Assembly: GCA_049511215.1 (NCBI GenBank)
Contig: JBEKYG010000002.1
Coordinates: forward strand, 1 to 34,989
From: Acidobacteriota bacterium
GTDB lineage: Bacteria > Acidobacteriota > UBA6911
Length of the DNA: 34,989 nucleotides
Direction: 5' to 3'
Shown: one piece after another, positions 26,317 through 34,808 of the stretch
How the letters are laid out: every line of letters starts with the position of its first letter
How positions within the stretch are numbered: the first letter of the stretch is position 1
Notes under the pieces: generated by a model
The model's input: only the letters and a program-made list of their open reading frames with translations
Databases searched by the model: none
Told to the model about the DNA's origin: nothing
Made by a program: the position numbers and the translations under genes

Positions 26317-28344
26317 ATGAAATCAACCTCTTGGAGCCACACGCGCACGACGCTCTTCTTCATCGCGATGGTCGGCGCTGCCAGTGTGTTTGCCGCCGCC
26401 CAGGTGCGGCCAACGTCTCAAAACCCCGTCAATCTCGACAAGGCGCTACAGGAAAAGTCAGTAGAGGACCGTGCCCAGAGCTACTACCACTACGCCCTTT
26501 CCAAATGGTTTGACGATTCAGGCGACCTGCCCAGGGCACTGTCGGAGATGCAAACGGCGGTTCGCTTCAACGATAACGATGCCAGCGTGCACGTGGCGTA
26601 CGCAGATATCCTGGCGCGGATGAACAGAATGTCGGATGCCACGGACGAGGCTCAAAAAGCATCCCGCTTGAATCCGAAGGATCCGGAACCCCATTGGCTG
26701 CTTGCGACCATTTTCTTGAGGTCGGCTGAAGCCGGGAGGCCTCGACAGGCGGCTTTAGACACCATCAAGCAGGCCGTCAAAGAGTTGGAGGCGATGAAGG
26801 AGGCGGCTCCGAACGATCAACGCGCCTACTTCGCCCTGGGTGGCTGCTACATGGAGCTTGAACAACCCGAAAAAGCGATTTCTGCCTACGAGAAATGGCA
26901 GACTCTGGTGCCTGATAGCGACCAGGGTTATGTCGCCATTGCCCAGTACTACGACCGCCAGGGCAAGCAGGACAAGGCCATCGAGTACCTTCAGAAGGCC
27001 GTCGAAGTCAATTCCGATTCCGTCCAAAGCATGGCAATGCTCGCCGGCCTTTACGCCAAGGCGAAACGTGAGAAAGACGCTGTCCCACTCTATCGCAAGA
27101 TTATCGCGTCGACCGGAGGTTCTCCCGAGCTTAAAAAGCAGCTCGCCTCCTCACTGTTGGACATCGGAGAATTCACCGAGGCTTCCAACATTTTGACGGA
27201 GTTATCAAAGGACGATCCGCAAGACGACGCCGTCAAGACCCTGATGGCTCGCGCTCAGCTGGGCGCCCACCAAGTCCCTGAATCCATCGAGAGCCTGAAA
27301 TCCCTAGTCGCGAGCGATCCGGACAACATCGAGGCCCTGTTCTATCTCGGCGTTGCTTACCAGCAAGCGGGCGAGCCGGCCGAGGCGATCAAGATCTTTA
27401 CCAAGTTGATCGATCAATCCAAGAACGGTTCGGACGACCTGAAAAACAATCTCCCTGTTTTTCAGACGAACCTGGCCGCGGCTTATGAGGACATCGGCGA
27501 GTATCAGAAGGCCATCCCGATTTATGAAGAGATGGCCAAAAACGATCCGTCGCCTCGTACCTACTTTCTGCTGATCAACGCCTATCGAATCGACAAGCAG
27601 TTCGACAAAGCTCTAAGCGTCGGGAAGCAGCAGTTTGAGAAAAACCCCAAGGACGACAGGCTCGCTCTGGTCTATGCGCGCAGCCTCTCCGACGCAGGGA
27701 AAAGCAAGGAGGGAGCTGAAATCCTGGATAAGCTACTCCAGGCCGATCCCACGAATCTGGACATCTACATCAACTTGAGCCAGATCTATGTGGAAGCCAG
27801 GCGTTTCGGCGACGCGGAAAAAGTCATGCGCCGCGCAGAGGAAAAAAAGCTGGACAAGGACCGCGTGATGTATCAACTGGCGACGGTCTACGAAACCCAG
27901 AAGGACTACGACAAGGCCGAGTCCTTATTCAAGGAGATCTTAAAGGATAACCCCAAGGATGGACAGACCTTGAACTACTTCGGCTACATGCTCGCCGACC
28001 GTGGGGTTCGCCTTGACGAAGCCGTGAAGTACGTTCAGCAGGCGCTGACCCTCGAGCCGAACAACCCGGCTTATCTGGATTCGCTCGGCTGGGCCTTCTT
28101 CAAGCTGAATGATCTGCAGAAGGCGGAGAAATACCTCCTCCAGGCGGGCGATATGGAAAAAAAAGATCCGGTGATCCAGGATCACATCGGGGATTTTTAT
28201 TTCAAGACCGGCAAGCTGGAGAAGGCACAGGAGTTTTGGAAAAAGTCGCTGGCCGCTGGCGGCAAACCGGAGGATGTCCAGAAGGTCAAAACGAAGCTGG
28301 AAAAGGTGCAGGAAACCCTGCGCAAGCAGAAACGTCACGAGTGA
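26317..28344 (+). CDS. secreted tetratricopeptide-repeat (TPR) protein
   Basis: ATG 26317 gives MKSTSWSHTRTTLFFIAMVGAASVFAAAQ, a signal peptide. Many TPR-like A-x-x-x-Y/F helices run throughout the protein. The track start at 26245 coincides with the predicted -35 box. Confidence 0.75.
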   Translation: MKSTSWSHTRTTLFFIAMVGAASVFAAAQVRPTSQNPVNLDKALQEKSVEDRAQSYYHYALSKWFDDSGDLPRALSEMQTAVRFNDNDASVHVAYADILARMNRMSDATDEAQKASRLNPKDPEPHWLLATIFLRSAEAGRPRQAALDTIKQAVKELEAMKEAAPNDQRAYFALGGCYMELEQPEKAISAYEKWQTLVPDSDQGYVAIAQYYDRQGKQDKAIEYLQKAVEVNSDSVQSMAMLAGLYAKAKREKDAVPLYRKIIASTGGSPELKKQLASSLLDIGEFTEASNILTELSKDDPQDDAVKTLMARAQLGAHQVPESIESLKSLVASDPDNIEALFYLGVAYQQAGEPAEAIKIFTKLIDQSKNGSDDLKNNLPVFQTNLAAAYEDIGEYQKAIPIYEEMAKNDPSPRTYFLLINAYRIDKQFDKALSVGKQQFEKNPKDDRLALVYARSLSDAGKSKEGAEILDKLLQADPTNLDIYINLSQIYVEARRFGDAEKVMRRAEEKKLDKDRVMYQLATVYETQKDYDKAESLFKEILKDNPKDGQTLNYFGYMLADRGVRLDEAVKYVQQALTLEPNNPAYLDSLGWAFFKLNDLQKAEKYLLQAGDMEKKDPVIQDHIGDFYFKTGKLEKAQEFWKKSLAAGGKPEDVQKVKTKLEKVQETLRKQKRHE

Positions 28345-29231
28345 GATCAGCCCCGATCCGAATCCGCTCTTTTGCCAAGGTGAATCTGGCGTTGGCCGTG
28401 CTGGGAAAGCGTTCCGACGGCTTTCACGAGATCCGAACCATCTTCCAAAGCATCGACCTCTGCGACGAGCTCGAAATCCGGGCTTCGGCGACGCTGGAGC
28501 TGTATTGCCCGGACCTGGCTTCGGTCCCAAAAGAGGGAAACACCGTATGGCGAGCGGCCACGGCGCTGGCGAGTATCGCTTCCCCTGGTTCGGGGGCAGA
28601 GATCACCCTGAGGAAGAGGATCCCCGCCGGATCCGGGTTGGGGGGAGGCAGCAGCAATGCCGCGGCAGCACTTCTCGGGCTCTGTCGGCTATGGCGCCTC
28701 GAAGTTCCGGCTGCCAGGTTATGCTCGCTCGCGGCTGCACTCGGCTCCGATGTTCCCTTTTTCCTGATGGGCGGCACGGCGCTGGGGATCGGCCGTGGAG
28801 AGGAAATCTATCCTCTCCCCGAAATCCGGCCCGCGCATCTTGTGGTCGTGTACCCCGGAGTGCACATCTCCACGGGCACTGCCTATCAATCCCTGAGTTT
28901 GATGTTGACATCCCGGCAGGCGGCCCCTAATATTCAAAGTTTCTGCGGCCGACTGACCGATGAAGCCGGGTGTCTGGCCGAGATCTTTAACGATTTCGAG
29001 ACTTCGATCCTCCCTGCCTATCCGGCTGTACGGGATGCGAAAGCTTTCCTAAAGGAACGGGGAGCGACAGCCTGTTTGCTGTCCGGCAGCGGATCTTCTG
29101 TCTTCGGATTCTTCTCGGATGAAGAGTCAGCTCTCGCGGCCTCTCGCGGCGACAACGCACGGGAGTCCTGGCGATTGTTTCCGGCGAAGACCCTATCTCG
29201 CGCTGAGTATTTCCAAAGCATGTTCGGGTAG
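28341..29231 (+). CDS. ispE: 4-diphosphocytidyl-2-C-methyl-D-erythritol kinase
   Basis: The GTG at 28341 overlaps the TPR stop (GTGA). The product begins VRSAPIRIRSFAKVNLALAVLGKRSDGFHEI. The GHMP motif is PAGSGLGGGSSNAAA. Confidence 0.88.
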   Translation: MRSAPIRIRSFAKVNLALAVLGKRSDGFHEIRTIFQSIDLCDELEIRASATLELYCPDLASVPKEGNTVWRAATALASIASPGSGAEITLRKRIPAGSGLGGGSSNAAAALLGLCRLWRLEVPAARLCSLAAALGSDVPFFLMGGTALGIGRGEEIYPLPEIRPAHLVVVYPGVHISTGTAYQSLSLMLTSRQAAPNIQSFCGRLTDEAGCLAEIFNDFETSILPAYPAVRDAKAFLKERGATACLLSGSGSSVFGFFSDEESALAASRGDNARESWRLFPAKTLSRAEYFQSMFG

Positions 29232-29256
29232 TCGTCGGCGAACCGAAATCAAGTAC

Positions 29257-29331
29257 TGGGGCGTCGTCAAGCGGTAAGACACAGGTCTTTGGAACCTGCA
29301 TTCGGAGGTTCGAATCCTCCCGCCCCAGCCA
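29257..29331 (+). tRNA. tRNA-Gln (anticodon UUG), CCA encoded
   Basis: Acceptor stem TGGGGCG/CGCCCCA, D-arm AAGCGGTAA, anticodon stem-loop CAGGT-CTTTGGA-ACCTG, and T-arm GGAGGTTCGAATCCTCC. It closely resembles E. coli tRNA-Gln. Confidence 0.9.
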
Positions 29332-29340
29332 ACCTCGCGC

Positions 29341-29404
29341 TTTTGGATTTTGGATTACGGATTTTGGATTGATAGGGTGGATTGAAACCCACGATCCGCA
29401 ATCC
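29341..29404. repeat. heptad tandem array (TTGGATT/ACGGATT) immediately 3' of tRNA-Gln
   Basis: TT TTGGATT TTGGATT ACGGATT TTGGATT GA spans 29341-29372. A partial inverted partner GATCCGCAATCC lies at 29393-29404. Confidence 0.7.
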
Positions 29405-29448
29405 TGACCTCAAAGGGTGTTCAGCGTTCCAAGGAGAACAAGACCAGC

Positions 29449-30411
29449 ATGAGGCACAAGGGATTCAGGCCGGTGGATGGAGATTTGAAGATTTTTTGCG
29501 GGAATTCCAACCCCGTCCTGGCCGGCGAGATCTGTAGGTATCTGCGTATCCCGCTTGGGCAGGCGAACCTCACGACGTTCGCGGACGGTGAGGTTTATGT
29601 CCAGATCCTGGAAAACGTGCGCGGCAAGGACGTGTTCGTCGTTCAGCCGACCTGCTGGCCAGTGAACGACAATATGATGGAGCTGCTGATCATGATCGAT
29701 GCGTTCAAGCGTTCGTCGGCATCGCGGATCACGGCAGTCATGCCCTATTACGGCTACGCCCGGCAGGATCGGAAAGACAAACCCCGGGTTGCGATCAGTT
29801 CCAAGCTGGTGGCGGATCTGCTCACCTCTGCAGGCGCCGACCGCATCCTGACGATGGATTTGCATGCCGGGCAGATTCAGGGTTTCTTTAACATTCCCGT
29901 GGACCATCTCTTTGCGGCGCCAGTGCTGATCGAGTACCTGCAGAAGTTGAAGCTTCCGGATCTCACGGTGGTTTCACCCGATGCCGGGGGCGTAGAACGC
30001 GCGCGTGCCTTCGCAAAGCGCCTGGACGCCGATTTAGCCGTAGTCGACAAGCGGCGGACCGCGCCCAATGAAGCCGAGGTCATGCACATCATCGGACATG
30101 TAAGAGGGAGGAACGTCATCATCTGCGACGATATGATCGACACGGCCGGGACATTGGTTCACACGGCCGCAGCTTTGCGCAAGCAGAAGGCCAAACGGAT
30201 CTTTTCGTGCGCCACTCACGGCGTGCTGAGCGGCCCCGCCCTTGACAGACTGCGGGGCGCGCCTCTGGAAGAAATCATCCTTACCAACACCATACCGATC
30301 GCAGAGGGGAAAATCCTGCCCAATATAAGAATCTTGAGTGTGGCAGGTCTGCTGGCCAAGGCCATTCGCAGCATTCACGAAGAGACCAGCGTGAGCAATT
30401 TATTTGTTTAA
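29449..30411 (+). CDS. prs: ribose-phosphate pyrophosphokinase
   Basis: 320 aa. Motifs: YYGYARQDRK, DLHAGQIQGFF, VVSPDAGG, and the PRPP loop ICDDMIDTAGT. Confidence 0.93.
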   Translation: MRHKGFRPVDGDLKIFCGNSNPVLAGEICRYLRIPLGQANLTTFADGEVYVQILENVRGKDVFVVQPTCWPVNDNMMELLIMIDAFKRSSASRITAVMPYYGYARQDRKDKPRVAISSKLVADLLTSAGADRILTMDLHAGQIQGFFNIPVDHLFAAPVLIEYLQKLKLPDLTVVSPDAGGVERARAFAKRLDADLAVVDKRRTAPNEAEVMHIIGHVRGRNVIICDDMIDTAGTLVHTAAALRKQKAKRIFSCATHGVLSGPALDRLRGAPLEEIILTNTIPIAEGKILPNIRILSVAGLLAKAIRSIHEETSVSNLFV

Positions 30412-30413
30412 GG

Positions 30414-30553
30414 GTAACTACTCAGGTGGTTAGCAAACAACTCTCATTCGGGGTCGGAATCGGTATCGGTATCGGAATCGAAAGGAAACGGAGTCGATAC
30501 CGATTCCGACGCCGAGAAGAATCGGATTACAGTCTATCCACCTGAGTAGTTAC
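30414..30553. mobile_element. MITE-like 140-bp element with perfect 16-bp TIRs and 8-bp target-site duplication
   Basis: TIRs are GTAACTACTCAGGTGG (30414-29) and CCACCTGAGTAGTTAC (30538-53). The flanking direct repeat GTTTAAGG occurs at 30406-30413 and 30554-30561. An internal 16-bp perfect hairpin, GTCGGAATCGGTATCG (30453-68) with 30495-30510, is built from 6-nt units. Confidence 0.8.
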
Positions 30554-30576
30554 GTTTAAGGAAGGAGTCGGATTTC

Positions 30577-31287
30577 ATGCAACAGATCGTGATCGAAGCT
30601 CAACGGCGGGAGCCCGCCGGCAAGAACGCGAACCGGCGGATTCGCAAGTCGGGCAAGATTCCGGCCGTCGTCTACGGCGCGAAGCGGGATCCGCTTCCCT
30701 TACTCGTGGATCCGGACTCGGTAACGGATGTCCTCCACTCGCATAGCGGCCACAACACGATCTTCGCCGTCAGCGTCGGGGGGGCACAGTCCAATGTCAT
30801 GGTTAAGGACTACCAGCTGGATCCCGTGCGCGGGAATATTATTCACGCGGATTTTTATGAGATCGCCATGGACCAGCTGCTCAAGCTCACGGTCGATGTC
30901 GAGATGGTCGGTGAAGCCGAGGGCGTCAAAGTCGGCGGCGGCATCATGGACGTGGTTACCCGGTCGCTGGAGGTGGAATGCCTGCCTTCAGACATCCCCA
31001 AATCGATTCAAGTGGACGTCACGCAGCTTAAAATCAATGACTATATTCGGGTGAAAAACCTGCCGGTAGATCCCAAGGTCAGAATCCTGAGCGAACCCGA
31101 GGTCGTGATCGTCACCATCGTACCGCCGGTCAAGGAGGAGGTCGTCGAGGTGGCCGCGCCGGTTGCGCCTGCCGAGCCGGAAGTGATCAAGAAGGGCAAG
31201 GCCCTGGAGGAGGGTGAGGGTGAAGGAGGAGAGGATAAGGGCAAATCCGCCAAACAGCCCGAGAAATCCAAACCTGAGACCAAGTAG
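30577..31287 (+). CDS. rplY: 50S ribosomal protein L25 / general stress protein Ctc (long form)
   Basis: 236 aa. The GKIPAVVYG motif, two L25/Ctc domains, and an acidic/lysine-rich tail. Confidence 0.88.
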   Translation: MQQIVIEAQRREPAGKNANRRIRKSGKIPAVVYGAKRDPLPLLVDPDSVTDVLHSHSGHNTIFAVSVGGAQSNVMVKDYQLDPVRGNIIHADFYEIAMDQLLKLTVDVEMVGEAEGVKVGGGIMDVVTRSLEVECLPSDIPKSIQVDVTQLKINDYIRVKNLPVDPKVRILSEPEVVIVTIVPPVKEEVVEVAAPVAPAEPEVIKKGKALEEGEGEGGEDKGKSAKQPEKSKPETK

Positions 31288-31301
31288 CTTGATTGCGCGC
31301 C

Positions 31302-31862
31302 GTGAGACTGATTGTCGGACTCGGTAACCCGGGCGTGCGCTACGGGCGGACCCGGCACAATGCCGGCTACATGGTCGTCGATGAGCTGGCCAGTGAGTCG
31401 CAAGCTGGAGCATGGTCAACGCAATGTCGGTCGCTGGTTCGTCCGGCCACGATCGCGGAGCAGCACCTGCTGCTGGCTAAGCCGCTCACTTTTATGAATG
31501 CCAGCGGAGGCGCCGTTCAGCTTCTGCTCGACGAATACCGGCTCGACCCAAAGGAGTTGATTTTAGTTCTCGACGACTTAAACCTGCCTCTGGGCAGGAT
31601 ACGCATCCGGGAACGAGGGTCATCGGGCGGCCATAAGGGAATGAAATCGGTTATCCGGATGCTCAATAGTGACGAGATCATCCGCGTGCGCCTCGGGATT
31701 GGGCAAGTGAACATGCCTGAGGATAAGGCCGAATACGTGCTTTCTGACTTCCCGCCGGACAAGGCGGCGGAGTTGAAGGAGATGATTTCCAAAGCCAGTC
31801 GAGCCGTACGATCGATAATCACGGACGGGGTATCCCAGGCCATGTCGGTCTATAACACATGA
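31302..31862 (+). CDS. pth: peptidyl-tRNA hydrolase
   Basis: GTG 31302 gives VRLIVGLGNPGVRYGRTRHNAGYMV, the canonical Pth N-terminus. An in-frame TTG at 31293 is the alternative start. Confidence 0.9.
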   Translation: MRLIVGLGNPGVRYGRTRHNAGYMVVDELASESQAGAWSTQCRSLVRPATIAEQHLLLAKPLTFMNASGGAVQLLLDEYRLDPKELILVLDDLNLPLGRIRIRERGSSGGHKGMKSVIRMLNSDEIIRVRLGIGQVNMPEDKAEYVLSDFPPDKAAELKEMISKASRAVRSIITDGVSQAMSVYNT

Positions 31863-31872
31863 TGCCATTTCT

Positions 31873-31998
31873 ATCATCGGTATCGGTATCGGGGTCGCAA
31901 TCGCAGGCGCAGTCGCGATCGGCTTTTGCGGCTTAGCAGGCTAGCAAGACCGATTGCGACTGCGATTGCGATTCCGATACCGACGTTTTGGATTTTTT
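31873..31998 (+). terminator. long 6-nt-period hairpin followed by a T-tract (repeat-derived terminator after pth)
   Basis: Left arm ATCATCGGTATCGGTATCGGGGTCGCAATCGCAGGCGCAGTCGCGATCGG (31873-31922) and right arm CCGATTGCGACTGCGATTGCGATTCCGATACCGACG (31950-31985), then TTTTGGATTTTTT (31986-31998). It shares ATCATCGGTATCGG and GGCTTTTGC with the composite elements. Confidence 0.6.
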
Positions 31999-32034
31999 CG
32001 TTCTATTTTCGAAGCAGGAAAAGGAGAAAAACCT

Positions 32035-32442
32035 GTGAGAACTTACGAAGTAGCTTTCATCGCCGCACCGACCATGACCCCGGAGGAGCTGGACGCGTTC
32101 ATCGCTCAGATGCAATCCGTGGTCGAGGGGAAGGGCGGCAAAGTGGTGAAGGTCGACAACTGGGGGAAAAAGCCCCTGGCCTATAAGATCAAGAGATTTC
32201 GGGACGGGTACTATGTCATCCTTACCCTCGAGGCGGACGGCGCCATCATCACGGAACTGGAGCGTCGGTTCCGCGTGGCTGACCACGTGATCCGGTTTCT
32301 CTCCGTCCGGATAGACGAGGACCTGAAACGATCCGAGAAGATGAAAGCTGCTCGGCAGCGCAAAGCGGTGTCGAAGCCTGTGCCCGCCGTGCCGAAGGCC
32401 GGCGAGTTTGAAAGCGCGCCTCCAGCGGCCCCGATAGCATAA
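32035..32442 (+). CDS. rpsF: 30S ribosomal protein S6
   Basis: GTG 32035 follows AAAGGAGAAAAACCT. The product begins [22 protein letters not shown]...[11 protein letters not shown]. The track start at 31954 lies in the repeat hairpin. Confidence 0.88.
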   Translation: MRTYEVAFIAAPTMTPEELDAFIAQMQSVVEGKGGKVVKVDNWGKKPLAYKIKRFRDGYYVILTLEADGAIITELERRFRVADHVIRFLSVRIDEDLKRSEKMKAARQRKAVSKPVPAVPKAGEFESAPPAAPIA

Positions 32443-32470
32443 TCAAATAAAAGAAAGGGTCATAGATTCT

Positions 32471-32704
32471 ATGCCAGCTCCAAAGAGGTTTTCTGTCAAG
32501 CGCAAGCGTGTTTGCAAGTTCTGCGCCGAGAAGATCAGCTACATCGACTTCAAAGACGGGAAGCTGTTATCCCATTTCATTCCCGAACGCGGCAAGATTC
32601 TCCCACGGAGAATCAGTGGCGTCTGCTCCGTGCATCAACGGCAGCTTTCGGAAGCCATCAAACGCGCCAGGCACATGGCGATTTTGCCTTTCGTCGCTGA
32701 TTGA
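32471..32704 (+). CDS. rpsR: 30S ribosomal protein S18
   Basis: 77 aa. [15 protein letters not shown]...[32 protein letters not shown]. Confidence 0.92.
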   Translation: MPAPKRFSVKRKRVCKFCAEKISYIDFKDGKLLSHFIPERGKILPRRISGVCSVHQRQLSEAIKRARHMAILPFVAD

Positions 32705-32723
32705 CGGAAACAGAGGGGACGAC

Positions 32724-33188
32724 ATGAAGGTCATACTGAAACAAGACGTGGAAAAACTTGGTAAAACCGGCGAAATCGTGAAGGTTGCGGACGGATACGG
32801 CCGCAATTACCTCATCCCACGGCACATTGCCATCCCGGCAACCCCGGGCAACCTCAAGATCATGGAGCTCGATCGCCTCGCAGCTGCACGCCGTGACCAG
32901 CGCGATAAGGCGGCAGCAAGCCTGGTGGCCAGAGAACTGATCAAGCTGGTAGTCACCATTCAGCGCAAGTCCGGCGAAGGCGGAACCCTCTACGGCTCCG
33001 TCACCTCGATCGATATCGCCGACTTTCTCGTTACGCACAAGATCGACATCGACAAGCGCAAGATCCAGCTCGAAGAGCCGATCAAGTCCATCGGCGAGTT
33101 CCATGTTCCGGTCCGCCTGCATCGGGAGGTCACGGTCCCCCTCAGGGTGATCGTCGAGGCCGAGCCCGAACCGCAGGCGCAACCTTAA
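32724..33188 (+). CDS. rplI: 50S ribosomal protein L9
   Basis: ATG 32724 gives MKVILKQDVEKLGKTGEIVKVADGYGRNYLIP. The track start at 32508 overlaps rpsR in another frame. Confidence 0.9.
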   Translation: MKVILKQDVEKLGKTGEIVKVADGYGRNYLIPRHIAIPATPGNLKIMELDRLAAARRDQRDKAAASLVARELIKLVVTIQRKSGEGGTLYGSVTSIDIADFLVTHKIDIDKRKIQLEEPIKSIGEFHVPVRLHREVTVPLRVIVEAEPEPQAQP

Positions 33189-33246
33189 ATCTATCACCAC
33201 GGGGAATCTAGTGCGGCATAGCCGCAAAACAGTGGACCGGGCTTGA

Positions 33247-33332
33247 CTCGAGATTCGAAATTCGAGATTGGGAAGTCGGATCCGCAAATCTCGAATCTCG
33301 AATCTCGAATCTCGAATCTCGAATCTCGAATC
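33247..33332. repeat. heptad-repeat hairpin (ATTCGAG family), asymmetric arms
   Basis: The left arm CTCGAGATTCGAAATTCGAGATT (33247-33269) has about 3 units. After a 17-nt loop, the right arm (AATCTCG)x6 AATC (33287-33332) follows. The whole is enclosed by an outer inverted repeat, TCACCACGG (33194-33202) with CCGTGGTGA (33335-33343). Confidence 0.85.
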
Positions 33333-33402
33333 AACCGTGGTGAAAACATGGTATTCCTGCCGGCCCGGGCTCGTGTAGAATTGCGAACACTGCGGTATTC
33401 CC

Positions 33403-34752
33403 ATGGCAACTGACATCAGTCTAGAAAAAACGCTTCCCTGCAACCTGGAAGCCGAGCGCTCCATCCTGGGTGCTATTCTCATTGATGACAAGGCAATCCA
33501 CACTGCGGTGGAGACCTTGCGCAAGGAGGATTTTTACCTCGAGAGCCATCGCCGGATCTTCGAGAAAATGTTTGCGCTCACGGCTGACGGCACCGCGATC
33601 GACCTGGTGACGCTGAAGAACGAGCTCCAGCGCTCTGATGAACTCGAGAGCGCCGGCGGCGCCGCCTATCTGGCAAGCCTCACCGATGGCATGCCGCGTG
33701 CCGTCAACATCGAGCACTACGCCCAAATCGTCAAGGAAAAATCTACCCTGCGCCGCTTGATCCAGATTTCGAACGAGATCATGGCGCGCAGCTACCAGAG
33801 CGAGGAGTCGGCCCAGGAGATCCTCGGCGACATGGAGAAGTCCATCTTCGAAATCGCCAGCCGGCAATTCCTGACGGGCTTTGCGCCCATCGAGCCTCTG
33901 ATCAGCGCGGTCTACAAGCAAATCGAAGAGGTCGCCAACCGCAAGACCCTGGTCACCGGTGTCGAGACCGGCTTTGTCGAGCTGGACAAATTGACGGCTG
34001 GGCTTCACCCGGCGGATCTGATTATCGTCGCCGCGCGGCCGGGCTTGGGAAAAACCAGCCTCTGTCTCAACATTGCCCAGTTTGTGGCGATCAAGAAGAT
34101 GCAGTCCGTGGGAATCTTCTCCCTCGAAATGAGCAAAGAGCAGCTGGTGAAGCGGCTGCTGTGCGCCGAAGCTGAGATCGACTCCCATAGGGTTAACACC
34201 GGCCACCTGAACCGGGAGGATTGGAGCAAGCTGAGCAACGCCGCGAGCGTATTGTCACAGGTAAAAATCTTCATCGACGACACGGCCGGCATGTCGATCG
34301 CAGAGATGCGATCGAAGGCGAGACGCCTCAGCCTCGAGCACGGCCTCGACCTCCTCATCGTCGATTACCTCCAGCTGATGAGCGGTTCGAGTCAGCGCAT
34401 CGAGAACCGCACGCAGGAGATTTCTCAGATTTCCCGCGGCCTTAAGGCCCTTGCCAAAGAGATTAACGTTCCGGTCCTTGCCATCTCACAGCTGAGCCGG
34501 GCTATCGAAATGCGCCGAGGCGATCATCGCCCCCAGCTCTCGGATTTGCGCGAATCGGGGTCCATCGAGCAGGATGCCGACGTGGTGATGTTCATCTATC
34601 GCGAAGACGCCCTCAATCCCTCGGAGGAAAACAGCGGCGTGGCCGAGATCATGATCAGCAAACAACGAAACGGCCCCACCGGTTCCTTCCAGCTCGCCTT
34701 CATCAAACAGTTCACGAAATTTGCCAACCTGTGGCAAGGCTCAGACGATTGA
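33403..34752 (+). CDS. dnaB: replicative DNA helicase DnaB
   Basis: 449 aa. N-terminal NLEAERSILGAIL, Walker A ARPGLGKTS, IVDYLQLM, and the SQLSR and RESGSIEQDAD motifs. No intein is evident. Confidence 0.93.
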   Translation: MATDISLEKTLPCNLEAERSILGAILIDDKAIHTAVETLRKEDFYLESHRRIFEKMFALTADGTAIDLVTLKNELQRSDELESAGGAAYLASLTDGMPRAVNIEHYAQIVKEKSTLRRLIQISNEIMARSYQSEESAQEILGDMEKSIFEIASRQFLTGFAPIEPLISAVYKQIEEVANRKTLVTGVETGFVELDKLTAGLHPADLIIVAARPGLGKTSLCLNIAQFVAIKKMQSVGIFSLEMSKEQLVKRLLCAEAEIDSHRVNTGHLNREDWSKLSNAASVLSQVKIFIDDTAGMSIAEMRSKARRLSLEHGLDLLIVDYLQLMSGSSQRIENRTQEISQISRGLKALAKEINVPVLAISQLSRAIEMRRGDHRPQLSDLRESGSIEQDADVVMFIYREDALNPSEENSGVAEIMISKQRNGPTGSFQLAFIKQFTKFANLWQGSDD

Positions 34753-34808
34753 AGATTCGAGATTCGAGATTGAAGATTCGAGATTTTGGAATTTCGAATC
34801 TCGAATTC
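34751..34808. repeat. heptad-repeat hairpin (ATTCGAG family) between convergent dnaB and the protease gene
   Basis: GAAGATT CGAGATT CGAGATT GAAGATT CGAGATT (34751-34785), loop TTGG, then AATTTCGAATCTCGAATTC (34790-34808). It overlaps both stop codons (34750-52 and 34807-09). Confidence 0.8.

Noticed and set aside
32443-32470. Absence of ssb/priB between rpsF and rpsR, and of ylxR/L7Ae between nusA and infB.
   Set aside because: Both arrangements vary between lineages and are common in many bacteria. Absence alone is not evidence of anything unusual.
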